From Cenococcum geophilum (Eukaryota), in assembly GCA_050273025.1 (NCBI GenBank), contig CP158636.1, positions 1,612,001 through 1,676,000 on the forward strand: 64,000 nucleotides of DNA, in the 5' to 3' direction. Below, in pieces: positions 1-13,377 of this stretch. The notes under the pieces were generated by a model. That model was not told the origin of the DNA and ran no database searches. It worked only from the letters and a program-made list of their open reading frames with translations. Position 1 is the stretch's first letter. Each line of letters begins with the position of its first letter. Made by a program: the position numbers and the translations under genes.

Positions 1-170
1 TCGCGTGTTAAATTATTTCTTGTAGGTCCTTTAAGCTTAGCTATTCCATTTACCTTACTTAATACCTATTATTAATAGGATCCTATTTTTGTATATAGAG
101 AGAAATAGAATGTTTATTTGTAGTTTAACTTAAAAGTAGAGAACTAATGTTATTATAATCCCCTTAAATA
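1..170 (+). repeat. Diverged direct repeat, copy 1 (pairs with 5150-5312)
   Basis: tcgcgtgtt...tacctattatta...ggatcc...tagagagaa...gtttaacttaaaa...aatccc(c/t)ttaaat is colinear in both copies. Confidence 0.75.
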
Positions 171-3049
171 TTCATTTTTTAAGGACAGAGGTATAGGTAT
201 ATTTGCCTAAAAAGCCAGCTAAGGAAATCTTATGTTGCTAATGTTTATGCGGAATATAGGGTTTAGGCTAAGCCGCCTTCCCTAATCTAACTTCCTTCCT
301 TATTATAGAATACACTCTTGTTGCTCGGCTTATATCCTTTAGGCGTAACTCTACTGCTAGCTGCTTATGTTTACGATTAGGGGTATAGCTGAGTAACTAG
401 TTTAGTGGACCCGTAAACATCTATAGTTTAATTAGGCTAAGGCAGGGGTGCATATAGGTGCTCTTGGAAAGCCCTCTTTAGTGCACTATTAATTTAGTTA
501 AGGTATAAGCTGGCTTAGCCCAATGCTATTTTTAGACCTCCTCGGCTTCCAAAATAGTTACTAAATATTTTAGAAATTTAAAGAATAGTAGATGTGGTGG
601 CGCGGGAGTAGAGGGGAAATGCTAAGTCTTATATTGTCCTTCGCTAAGAGATCCCAGCCTCCTATTTTAAGGAAATACCTAGACGCTATACCTAAAATCG
701 TTAAGCTATCTAATGTCACTAATCACTTCTTAAAATAGCTTAAGTTTATATAAGTTTTTAACCACTCTTACTAAATAAAGGAAGTTTAATTTGGGCCCTA
801 TTCCTCTTGGCTATTTATAGGTCTTTTCTTATCTAGAAGGGCCATATTTTAGTTCCTCGCTAGGTTTTAGTTTTTAGGTACTTAGTATATCCCCTTATAA
901 GGATTATAGACCTTAAATCTAGAACCTTTATTTAAGGCGGAGACTAGTCTAAGCTATAGTAATAAAAGAGGGACAGGTCTAAGCCACTAAGCACTAACTA
1001 TCTCCTTAGTTCTTCACTCTATAGTAAGGTAAAAGTATATATTTAAGGGACGGTTAGCGCTTAAAACCGGCGAAATACGACCATTTATAACTACTATCGT
1101 CTACGTAGAGTATATAGCGAGTTAGTTAGTTACTAGTTAGGCAATTACTAAGATATTGTAGCAGGACTTCACCTACTTAGGAAGTACCCAGTAATAGATT
1201 ATATAATTTTTTGCCATGTTTTCCTAATAAGCAGCGTTCGCAGCTTCTACTAAATCTACCTACCTAGATTAAATCCTAAACCTTTAGTAGATTCCCTCTT
1301 AATTCCCTAAAACGCAAGCCAATCTTACTTAGCCACTATTTCCTTATAAGTATATTTTTTAAGCACCTTTTATATTAACTAGATAGCTTTATGGACCTTC
1401 TATAGTAGATTAAGCGTAGAGTACTAGTGTTCCTAATAATGTATAAGACGTTACTATAAGAGGAAATTCTCCCTTATAAGCCTTTAAAGAGTCTTTAGTT
1501 AGTCTCTTTTCTAAAATTCCTTAGCCCTTTATATTAAGGACTTAATAAAGAAAGATTTATTTATGGTATAGGGTTCTATAGTTAAAACCTTAGTTTAGTA
1601 GCTAGAATTAGTGTCTATGTTGTAGTCTATAAGATAGGTAGGGATACGCTTTTAACGGTTATTTAGCGGAAAACACTTTAGGCGGAGAACCCTAGGACCC
1701 AAACGTGTCCCTTTTTACTATTATTATCTATAACCTGCTTCTGGTCCTAAGGACCCCGTTCTAAAATAGCTAACGCGCGAACCAGTAGTGCCCCCGGTTA
1801 TTTCTATCTTGGGTCCATTTCTAAAACGTTAACTATCTATATTCTAGCTACTCTAGTATAGAGCCCAAAAATAGGCCCTAAACTAGGTGACTACTTTCGT
1901 CCTTTAAAGTCCCAATAATGTAGAAAAAGGGGTATAAAAGGAATAATACTTTATTAACTACGGTAATTACATCCTATATATTTGCTCTAAAATTATCTTA
2001 TTTATAGCGTTCTATTAGCTGGCTTAATATTACTATAGCTAGCTTCTCTAGAGTATACCTCCCTAGCCGCAACCAATTAATACTAATTAAGTACCCTTAA
2101 GTCCTAAATAACAAAGCGCACGTTTAAGTAGATAGAAGGCTCCTCCTAACCTATAGACTCTCTTAACTAGTAGAAGAAACTTAATAGTAAGAAGCCTAGT
2201 AAGAAGTCTAATAAGACAAACTCCTATAAATACAAGTGCCGCAACTGGAAGAGGTATACCGCCACTACCTCTCTTTTTGCCACCGCCTTTTAATCTACTA
2301 TAACAGCATATAGGGCCTACTTCCGTTTCTACTACTGCAGCCACTGCGCCTAAGGACTTATAACAGCTACTAGAGCCTAGTAAGTCTTCTTCCTCCTTAC
2401 TAAGGCTATAAGGGGAATCCTCTAGTAAAAACGCTACTTCTTTACCTTCCTTACCTTTATAACAACCTAAAACCTAATCTTAACTACTAAGCCCTAGAGA
2501 AGCTGCCGAGCCCAATATATCTTCCGCTTCGCCCCCCCTATAAGTTGGCCCTCTATAAGAGGTCTATATAAGGTGGGAAGAAGTACTAAAAGAAGATTGG
2601 AATAAGCTTTTATTATAACTTTTAGAAGATATATTAAAATAAGTATTTCGTTTAGTAGAACTAATAGGATCCTATAGTGACTTTTCCTAATATAGCTCTT
2701 ATTATTAGGTTATAAGGAATAAGGTTAAAAATAGTTAGCCTATAGACACACAAAATGGATATATATGCTGTAGCTATGTTATACACTAGGACTATATTTA
2801 GCGCGGCGGCCTTAACAATAGATATCCAGTCTATCCTACCTAGATTGCTAGGTTTTAGACTTATTTCCTAAATAGAGACTAGGATTTTATTAGGGATAGA
2901 ATAGAATGCCTTATATACTAAGATATGCTAATACGGAGAGGTTAAATAGTAGTCTTACCTTATAACTATAGGTTCCACTAAGACTGTATTCTGCTTAGTG
3001 GCTTAGTAGCTAGGTGTCTAAAGTGCAGCCTTTTAATCCTAACTTATGG

Positions 3050-5060
3050 ATGCTGGCGTAAAGTTAGCCTATAGTCTGAATCTCCGCCTAATTAGAATTA
3101 GCTAGGCGACAATAATATAGGCGGAAATTAGCCTCCTTAAGGAGCCAATAATAATGTAGGCGGAAACCCTCCTCTGGAAGGCAATAATAATTCGGGTGGA
3201 AACCCTCCTTAAGGAGCTAATAATAATCTAAGCGGAAATTAGTCTCCTTAAGGAGCTAATAATAATCTAGGCGGAAATCTTCCTTTAGTAGCTAATAATA
3301 ATATAGGCGGAAATCCACCTCTAGGAGGCAATAATAATCTAGGTGGAAATCCTCCTCCTCCTCTAGGAGGCAATAATAATATAGGCGGAAATCCTTCTCT
3401 AGGAGCCAACAATAATATAGGCGGAAATCCTCCTTTAGGAGGCAATAATAATCTAAGCGGAAATCCTCCTTTTCCTCTAGGAGGCAATAATAATATAGGC
3501 GGAAATCCTCCTCTAGGAGGCAATAATAATCTAGGCAGAAATCCTCCTCTAGGAGCCAACAATAATATAGGCGGAAATCCTCCTCTAGGAGGCAATAATA
3601 ATCTAGGTGGAAATCCTCCTCCTTCTCTAGGAGGCAATAACAATATAGGCAGAAATCCTTCTTTGGGAGGCAATAATAATCTAGGTGGAAATCTTCCTTT
3701 AGGAGCTAATAATAATATAGGCGGAAATCCTCCTCTAGAAGGCAATAATAATCTAGGTGGAAATCCTCCTTTAGGAGCTAACAATAATATAGGCGGAAAT
3801 CCTCCTTTAAGAGGCAATAATAATCTAAGCGGAAATCCTCCTCCTCCTTTAGGAGGCAATAATAATATAGGCGGAAATCCTCCTTTAAAAGCCAATAATA
3901 ATATAGGCGGAAATCCTCCTTTGGGAGGCAATAATAATCTAAGCGGAAATTCTCCTCCTTCTTTAGGAGGCAATAATAATATAGGCGGAAATCCTTCTTT
4001 GGGAGGCAATAATAATCTAGACGGAAATCAGCCTCCTTAAGGAGCTACTAATCTAGGCGGAAACTAGCCTTCTTAAGGAATTCTAAGTATAGGGGCAGCT
4101 AATAGTACAGGCGGAAATTAAGCCTTAAATAGCGTAATACTAACTGCCGGACCTATGTTATATCCGCGTAAAGGATAGGTTTATAATAATAGGGTTAAAA
4201 GAGAGATGGCAGGCTATAAACCATACGCTAGTAGATATTAAGTACTTCTATAGACTCCCGCTCCTTAAGGGGGTTTCTTAGATTATAAATTAGTTGCATT
4301 ATATCTTATAGGAGGGGAGGTAGTAGTTAACGCCTATATAGAGGCGATGTAGGATTAAGGGGAGGAGCTATTTATCTTAGCTGACGCTAGTATTAACCTC
4401 CTAAGGACTAAGGATAAAGGGCAGATACGGATTACAGGCTAAAGCGTTTTTAGATATTATAGCACTCCTCTAGCTAGAGGGTATTTAAACGCGCTAATGC
4501 AATATTTAAAGCTAGTATTTACGGACTAGCCTAAAGTGTATTAGTACGCCAAAAGCACGCTAGAGGGCTACTATAATCGTCCCTAGGTTAAAAGTTTATT
4601 AGAAGGGCTATACGCAGTATCTAGAATTTCCCCTATGGATTTTATTCCTTTAGAAACGCGGCAGAGAGCTATAAGACTAAGACGTAAATGTGGGGCCATA
4701 AATATAGGAGCTATTACTAGAACCACAAACATAGGAGCTATTACTAGGACTATAAATATAGGAGCCACCACTAGGACCGTAAACACAGGAGCTACGGTAG
4801 GTTAAACCCCTCAGCCTACCTACGCAACTCCTCCGCCTCTCTACGCAACTCCCCTACTAGATAATAACTATTAACCTTCTCTATAGGCTACCAATCTAGC
4901 TATAGGAGGATCTACTGTTAAAGAACGGCTTTTACGTCTTAAAGCGATAATTGCAGAATTACTAAATACGCAGCGCGCTCGTGGCTAGGGTTCTAGGGCT
5001 GCCTATAATCCGCTTCTAGACGTTACTTATTATAGACCGGCTTTTAATATAAGGGTAGAT
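3050..5060 (+). pseudogene. RIP-degraded gene with a Gly/Asn(Asp)/Pro tandem-repeat N-terminal region; unknown function
   Basis: The + frame reads GGNPPLGGNNNI(L)G repeats followed by non-repetitive coding-like sequence with RIP stops. Boundaries approximate. Confidence 0.5.
3110..4080 (+). repeat. Coding minisatellite, ~36-42 bp unit (ggcggaaatcctcctctaggaggcaataataat...)
   Basis: More than 20 visible tandem units with lengths that are multiples of 3. Confidence 0.9.
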
Positions 5061-5149
5061 AGATAAGGGAGTTCGAATTAGTATAGTTGTTTTATCCTTC
5101 CTTTAATCGCTTATTCTTCTATATATTTACTTTATTCTCCTATTAGGGT

Positions 5150-5312
5150 TCGCGTGTTTAATCTTTACTTGCGGGTGCCTTTAGAGTATATTCTATTTTG
5201 CTTATTTAGTACCTATTATTAGCGGGATCCGATTCTTATACGTAGAGAGAATTAAAATAGTTTTGTGGTTTAACTTAAAAACAGAAGAACAAAATCGCAA
5301 TCCCTTTAAATC
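5150..5312 (+). repeat. Diverged direct repeat, copy 2 (pairs with 1-170)
   Basis: See copy 1. Confidence 0.75.
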
Positions 5313-7999
5313 TTGTCGCTTAGCAGTATATAGAGATGCTAAAAGAGTAGAGCCCTCGAGCCGGATCTGCGGCTTAAGCCCAGTTCTTACTTAAAGGTTT
5401 AATTATATTATCCCTATTAAATAAGCCTTATTTTAAAGCGAAAAGCTAAAAGGCTAATTGTAATAGATATTAATGTTACTGTTTAGGGGAAGGCGTAACT
5501 TCGCTTTAAATAGACATTTTTATATAACTATTTATAGATTTTTTTTAGAAGAGCGCTATACTTTAAGTTATTAGGTATACCGCACTATATAAGCGCGCTA
5601 AACTATTATAATAATAATAATAATTCTTTAATTAACGTCTAATATGGATCCTACTTAGCCCACGCAGACTACTCCGTTATAAGGGGAAAACTTATAGTTT
5701 ATAGGAAGAAAACCCCTGCAGTTAGGGGAGGAAAAACCCTATAAGCCACCTCAGTCGGATAAAAAACCCCAAATTGCTATGTTTATATATAGTAGCGGCC
5801 CTACGGGCCTATAGCACGTCCTCCTCCTTAGATGTTTTAAACTCCTTAGAAACTACTACTTCCCTCTCTAGCTTATCCTAAGCTAGGGTTCACTACGTCC
5901 CAGCTAGGCCTTGCCGATAAATCGCCCTATATATATTGTTTCTCCTATATCTTAACCGTCCCCTATATACTATCTCTTATTAACTATTACCGTATACGCC
6001 TTACCTCCCCCCCCTAAGCCATTAAAGGCGTAAGGGGGATTTATCCATTCTAACTACTGTATTACTAACAGCGGGATATGTTATGTTGTGTTATATTTAG
6101 GTATCTTTTATACTTAGGCCCCAGCTAGGCCCTTTCTAAGGGTTATTACTCCGTTAAAAGGAGATAAGGAAAACCGTGGGTCGCAATCTAGGCTGCTAGG
6201 TAGCTACGGCAGTAATAAAATAGCGAGTAACCGTATACTCCGCGGGCGATTGCTCTAGGGGTTAAGAGGGGCCGTATATTTGCTCGCTGCTTATTTATTT
6301 ATTTATATTCGTTTATCTATTAATATAAGGTTGTTAATGCTTTTAATTAGGGGTCGGGGGATGTTAAATTCTATCTTATATCCGCGAGGATTATATAGGG
6401 TTAAATAGGAGCGTAACAGTTGTCTACTATAAAGGGGGTTACCGTTAGTAGTGGTTTTCGAGATCTCACTATCCCATGTAAAAACTTTTCACTACCCCCC
6501 ACAATATTTCGTCAACCACCACTACCTCCTACCCACAGCTGTATAACGTCTCTGCGTTAGCTCTACTAAGTTTAAAAACTAGTAGGTTTGTAGGCCTTAC
6601 TATATATAGGTACAGAGTCCGATTTTAAGGACTAATATAAATTATATACTAAAGATCTATAAATTAGTTGCATTTTTTTATAAAATAGATTAGCTAGTAT
6701 TTCTCTAGTAAGAATTAGACTCTATATTATCTTACCCATTCTATATAGGTGTTATAGGCTTTCTCTAGTATTCTATAATTCTTTATGGCTAGTAGCTTAT
6801 ACGCTCTTAGCCTAAGGAATAGATGTGCCATAAATGCTAGTTAGTCTACTTCGACCTCCCCTCCCCTCCCCCCCCCCCCCCTAAGGTAAGCAGTCGAATT
6901 TGGTTTATACTATATAAGACAATAAGTTGCAAGGGAGTATACCGGGAGGATTGCTAAAACGCCCCTAATATATACTAGCAATGCGTAAGTCTATAACACT
7001 AGAAGGAAAAAAAAATATTACTATAATTTAACAAGCTAAGCGGTGCCGCCTTAACCGTCTATAGGGGCTTGATTTAAGGTTACTTGTTTATAGGCATAAA
7101 TATATACTTAGGATCCAAGTATAAGAGGTTGCCGTATTATAAATCGCTGCGCCAATGGCGTCGGAATACGGATCGCCTTATTACCGCTCCTTAAACTATA
7201 AAATAATTTCACTAATATTAAGGCGCTAACCGGTAATACTCTTTTAGCTAGACGGGCTCTATATAAACCAGTAACTATACCGTAAATAGTTAGGTTTCTT
7301 AAGACTACATCTTAGGGGACTTTAGGAAGGATTAGATAATATAGATCATTTATCTTTCTTATATACAGGCATACAATGCGGTAATCCCTTAGGTTGCCTA
7401 TCCGTTAATAGTAGTAGTGTACGTTAATAGCGATACCGAGAGAGCGGGGCTCTTAAGTGGAATATACGGCTTTATATGCCCTATTACGTTATATTATAGG
7501 TAACGGGACGCTAGAGCGTATTAAAAGGCCCTAAAGGGCATCCAATAGTACGGCTTGCAAAATTCCCTTACCTAAAATAGCGCTTTAAACTATTAGTTGG
7601 CACTAGGATCTCTAAGTAATAGGACACATATTAGACTTATAGCTCTTCTAGATCCCAATAATTGGATACTTATATAAGCTAACAAGAATTAAGACTATAT
7701 ACACTACTATTAGCCAAGCAACCCCAAGATCCGTATTTCGTATTTCCTATCTCTATTAACTATATAACAGCTATTAATCCTTATTTCTAAGACGGTCATA
7801 TAATACCGCTATTAGGGTATCCGGCCGGCTTTAGTTGCCATATAGCGGCGTAATCGTTTACGATAACTTTTAGTGGAGTATTTTAATATCCTAGGATGCC
7901 GGAATGCCCGTAAGATTTATATATATATATACGCGTCCTCTCAATCTAATCCTTTCTCGCTATTCTTATTACCATCACAGTTTTATAATAATTAATTAA

Positions 8000-10900
8000 C
8001 CTTTAATGTGTTTTTAAGCACTATACTAGGATAACCTAGAAATTCGAGCCGTAATAAAATTTAATAACTTAGGCGCATCCGCGAGTATAGAGCTAATAAA
8101 TGTCCAAAAAGAGACTCTAAGCTAGGAGGTAGGAGCAGACTACTAAGAGATAGTTACTATACAAATAACGAGCTGATTATTAATTAGGGTGCAAGAGCGT
8201 TAATTAGTAGAAGTAAAGTGCTGCTAATGCTCTTTAATAAATTCGTTACTAAGGTTACCTAAAACGCAATAGTTGGAATATAGGTTTAGCCCGAGGTACG
8301 TAAAAGGGCCATTTATTAAGAGCGCATCCTATTTAAAGGATCTTACTATTAATCGGCCTAGTTCCCTCGGCTCATGCGCAGTCTATATAAGAAAGCCCCT
8401 AAAGCTACTTAATCTCTAGCTAATATGATTTTGGAGTATAGCGATATAAATAGCGGCATATAAGATATAACTAAAGGGCTATAGCAGCTCTAGGAGGATA
8501 TAGAGGATAAAGCTATAAAGTCTATAAGATATAAGGGTTATTCCTATTAGTCTCTAAAATCCGCTAAGGCTAAGGTAAAGAAAGACGACCCTCTAGGTAA
8601 GCTTAATTTATAGCAAAGTAGAAGTAGCCTTAGCATTAATTACTTAACTTAATTGGCTACTCCGGTGTCTGGGGATATACTAGTCTATTAAAATAAACGC
8701 GGAGTTTTTAAAGATAGTAATAAATATAGTAAGATTAGGAAAGATATTACTACATTACCGGCACCGGATAAAGGTATATATAATAACAAGGTCAAAGTAC
8801 ACCACCTTAAATTAGGCGACGGTGTTAATACTACTAAAGAGGATTTCGCAAGAGTAGAATTGGTAATAGGTCGCTAATAGATTAGCGGTATACCTGTAAA
8901 GAAAGGAATCCTAAAATCTAGAACTACCCTAGCGTTAAATAGAGATTAAAATTAATAACTAGAGCCTGTGGAATTGGGGAGGCGTACTACCCCACCTTAA
9001 GTACCGTCGCTAAGTATAGTAGCCCTAGCTACACCGGCGTAACAGACAGAAAGAAATATATTCACCTTACCTTAGACGGAAGAGATCTATAGAGAGAAGA
9101 TACTAATATTGGTTAAGAGTATTTCCTTATTACCTAGCCCTACCATAGGCTCGCCTTCTATAGAGGTCACCATAGTAAGGGATATAGTCCTTAAGGCAGT
9201 CCAGATTATCTACGGATTTAGCTAGTATTAGTAAGGGGTTCCAAAGGCGGTTTACTTAAGGATCCTATAAACGTTGTAGGCGGATAGTAAGGAGCTTTTA
9301 AGCCTGCTAAATTTAGGTAAGTGGTTAAATGGCTCTATATAAATGCGTATACTAGAAGCGGGATTGTCTAAGACCTAAAGAGTTATAATATTTAATATAC
9401 TAGAGTATATAGGAGCTTGGGAGTAGTATAATGGGCAGGTTAAACTAGCGTAAGTTATAATCCGCACTAAGAGGAATAAGCTAGTAGACCGTAGGGGTGT
9501 ATTAATTTACGTACTAAATAGAATATAAGGTCGGCAGATAAGAACTAAGTAACCTAGAAAGTAGGTTAGAGGCGTTAGAAGACTAACTATAGGAGAAGAC
9601 TATAGTAGATCTAGCAACTTAATAGATATTAGTATTATAGAGAGGAATAGACAATTATAAAGGAAGCGGATTAATATATAGCTTAGCAAAGGGCATAAGC
9701 TAAGCATAAAGCTTATAAAAGAACTTAGCCTAGGGATACTCTTCAGCCCAAATATCTAGTAAGTGGCTTGCCCCCTAAATACCCATTAGCTGCTAAGAAA
9801 CTAATTTTAAGTAGGGAGTATACCAAAAAAGATACGGAGTAACTTAATATCCTAATTAAAGACATTTAGGCAGACTTAAAGCGTATGCAACTGCTCCAAA
9901 TTCTAAGTCAATAGTTAGAGCTATTAATAAACGAAGGAAAGCCTAACCTTTACTCCCTATTTACTTCGCTAACGGTAGAGAGTCTTATATTAGAAGAAGA
10001 GTGCAGGGAATTAATAGCTACTTTTACGCTAAAGGCGGTAAGTTACTTATCTAAAGAGAGAAGCTTATAGACTAACGTAGATATTTCTAGCATAAGAGGC
10101 GATACCAAAGAAATCCTTAGATGCTGCTGTTAACCATCTAATAGAGAATATTAGTACTAAAGTCCTAGGCAAGTGAAAGCTTAAGGAAGACAATAGTATC
10201 TCTATAGAAGACGGAATAGAGCTACTATATAATATGTTTAATAGGCTTCGCTAAGGTAAATAGTTTAACGGATGGCTTTTAATAGCTAGCATAATAATGT
10301 CTAATAAACCGTCTTTTGTAAGATACGGTTACAGTATCCCGCTAGACTAATTTAAGAAATTTAGTAGGAACGGTAAGATAAAACGCGTCGCCAGGCCTCT
10401 AGTAGGTTAGAGAAAAAAAGTTAAAGCGTTCTATAAAGAAGCCTAGAAAGAGTATAAAGAGGAATCTTATCTAGTGTACTTTTGCCCATTAAACTACAAA
10501 GGCAGCTATTTTACATTGCTTAAGATAAATAGGCAAGAGGAAAAGATCTATTACTATAATTCGATGGTAAATGGAGATGTTATTAATAGCATATTAGAAT
10601 CGACTTAAGTTAGGAAGCTTATATAAGTAAGTTAGGGTTTAGCTAAATAATTAAAGATATAGCTAATATTATAGCAGGAGGAGTTTAGCTACTTAAAGTT
10701 TAAATATGTTAAGGCGGTACATACTAAAACCCTAGGTAATATTATTACCAACAGGCTGATCTCAGACTTTAGTAAGCAGCCTATCCCCCAATAGAAAGAT
10801 GGGTCTAGCTACGGCCTAATAGTTATAAGAAACTTAGCGCTTCGGATAAACGGTCTTTTAGTTAGCGGTTAGCACGATATATTAGATCCTAAACGCTTAA

Positions 10901-11190
10901 GGATAGATATTATAGAGGCTTTTAAGACTTATATCTTGGAAAAGGCTCTATAGTAGACTAGACGTATTTAGAACTTAGGGCAGCTCTCTAATAAATTTAA
11001 GTAAAATAACTGGATGGGTTCGGCCATAGGATCCGATGGGCCTAGTATAGTCTCTATAAATAACTTAACAAAGGTTAGTAGATATATAACTAGAGGTACA
11101 AAACGGTTAAAAGTCTAGAGAAAGGCCGTATAGATCTAGCCCCTAATTTAGGTAGGATAAAATAAGAGAAGGGTTACTAGGGAGGCTTTA
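8000..11190 (+). pseudogene. Ulp1/C48-like cysteine peptidase (C-terminal domain) gene, RIP-inactivated, with introns
   Basis: 10240-10840 translates as NRLR*GK*FNGWLL...LVYFCPLNYKGSYFTLLKIN...KIYYYNSM...PQ*KDGSSYGLIV. This de-RIPs to the Ulp1 motifs H-F-T-L-L, YDS and PQQ-x-DGSSCG. GT..AG introns lie near 9978, 10626 and 10718. The N-terminal start is uncertain. Confidence 0.75.
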
Positions 11191-11371
11191 AGAGGCGTAA
11201 ACTTAGTATATTCTTTTAGTGCTTTATAATAAGTTTTAATACGAATTACTCTGCGTTTTAATATTATAGGTTAGAGTCAATTAAATAAAGTATTAGCTGC
11301 GAAGTAAGCGAGCTTAGTAGTCTTGGCAGCTGATCTAAAGCTCTCTACTAGCAATATATAATTAAAGAGAT

Positions 11372-11643
11372 TATTAACGGAAAATTATATAGTAAGGCAT
11401 ACTGTACCTAAGTATTAAGATAAGTAATTTGGTGCTTCCCCTTAATTAAGACCTCTACTTAATTTAATACCTCCTCTACATAACGAGAGAGGACTTATTA
11501 GGTAATCAACCCTATCTTATATATAAATATCAGCAAGACAGCTCTAGAAATCAATAAGGAACTCTCCTACCTTCCAACTTAAGGTTTACCCTTTAACTGC
11601 TTGCGATCACATAATTACTACGTGTACGCGCTAGTAGTTAATA
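11372..11643. mobile_element. Solo LTR family A, copy 1
   Basis: Ends tattaac...gttaata (RIP of TGTTAAC...GTTAACA). 5-bp TSD gagat/aagat. Homologous to 20083-20346. Confidence 0.85.
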
Positions 11644-12517
11644 AAGATCTAAGGGCCGTTTCCTTAGCGCTTGCCTCACGACGGTATAGTAGTTACGACG
11701 GTTCTATCTCAGTGTGCTAACGAGTGTCTTTATATATAATAGTCAGAAACCTAAGAAATCTACGCGCTCATTATATAATCCTTATAATCCTTATAATCCT
11801 CAACTATTAGAGAATCTAATACTCCAAGCCGCCTTCTAACTATACCTCTCAGTCCTCGACTTAAGCTGCCTTCTTCCTTAATTATTAGTCTAACTTATTC
11901 GTAGTTATGCATAATTACTTCTATAAGATTAGTACTATGCTTTCCAATTATAGATGCTGTGGAATAGCGAGAGCCCCATTTCTCTATACGCCTTCTTTTA
12001 TATAACTAAAGCTTTTCAATCGCCACTTTACGGCTAGCGTCGTCCATAATGCTAAGTACTTCCATCCGTTTAGATTCTTCTATTAAGAAGAAAGTAAATA
12101 CTTACTTCTTTATTACCACTAGTTAGACAATTCTTAGATAATCTGTAACGTTTATACTCTTAAGGACGGCTTTAAGGACCTTTTTTGGCGTAACTAATAG
12201 TGCATATATACTAGTAGGTTCGTCTGCCAAATACTTATAGAAGGCATAGAGGGAGGGTATACTTATACTACTAAGAAGGGATCTCTAACCCTCTTTATCT
12301 AGGTTACTAAATGCCGTTAATAGAGGTTCTGTAGATATAAAGACCTTACTTAATATATATATTTATTAGAGCGAGATAGAAGGCATATTATATAGAAGGA
12401 AGCTATAGAGAGTATTTAAAACCGTTTTAAGGAACCCCTAAATTTAAAAGCGTGCCCGTCTAAACCCATAAGCAGGCCCCTCTTCCCTTAATATCTTTAT
12501 AGGAGAATTAAAGGGCC

Positions 12518-12676
12518 GTTATAAAGGCTTAGTCAAAAGAATAGAATCTATTAGTAGCCAGTGAACTAGAATTCCAAGACAAGGACTACAAGAAGGTTAA
12601 GGAAAGGACACGTCTATATATATAGCGCTAAGGCTCTAGCGAGCCCCTAACTAGGGTCTATAACAGTGCTATAATA
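12518..12676. mobile_element. Probable solo LTR family B, copy 1
   Basis: Homologous to 45746-46111 once the nested insert there is removed. Ends gttataa...ctataata. No clean TSD. Confidence 0.65.
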
Positions 12677-13377
12677 AACGTCTTATTAAAAATATTGCTA
12701 CTTATTGTTTCAATATCAATCTTAGTATATATCCTCGCATTGTTATATAGGGGGTCTCCATTATCTTATTAACGTCCCTCCCTACGGGTCGAGAAACCCC
12801 CCACGCCAAGATAAACCCATTATTTAGGCGTCTTAGTTCTTTCCCTTGGGGGTCTATTAAGTTATAGCCTATATATTATTTTTCTTTGGCCATTTCTCCT
12901 TTAGAAACTAGTCTATAGTAAGAAAATTACGACGGTCTTGGTTATACTATTAATCGTTCTATTTACAGCATCTAGAACCACGTTAGCTTTGCATCCCTAC
13001 TCCACTATAGCTATTAACACACCTTTAAATTTCGGAGCATTAGAAAGACAGTTCTATTAAGAAAGAAGATAACTCTAAGTTTTAAAGACACTCAGCCTAT
13101 GAAAATGTGCACTCCGGATTAATCCGTATGAAGGGGTCTGCAGTATATCTTAGCATAAGGGTTTAGCGCGCTTATATAGTAGGGTACTATATATTTAGGT
13201 AACTGTAATATATTTAATATTAAGCCGAACTAATATAAAGTGTGGCGCTGTTTTAGAAGTATCCATAACTGTTATATACTGCCTATTTTTAGATTTCTCC
13301 GTACGCGTTTATTATTGTGTACTATATTTAGTAGAGCCGCTCGTTCCTGTCCTACTATTATTACTACATTTGCTATT

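Noticed and set aside
3248..4009. 253-aa minus-strand PP.GGF repeat ORF
   Set aside because: Antisense shadow of the GGNPP minisatellite gene on the plus strand.
5785..5820. Helitron 3' hairpin (ggccctacgggcc)
   Set aside because: No clear CTRR terminus and no Rep/helicase relic nearby.
6430..6500. Possible tRNA or other small RNA (ggggg...cccccc-bounded stretch)
   Set aside because: No recognisable D/T-loop consensus or 5S/snRNA similarity by eye.
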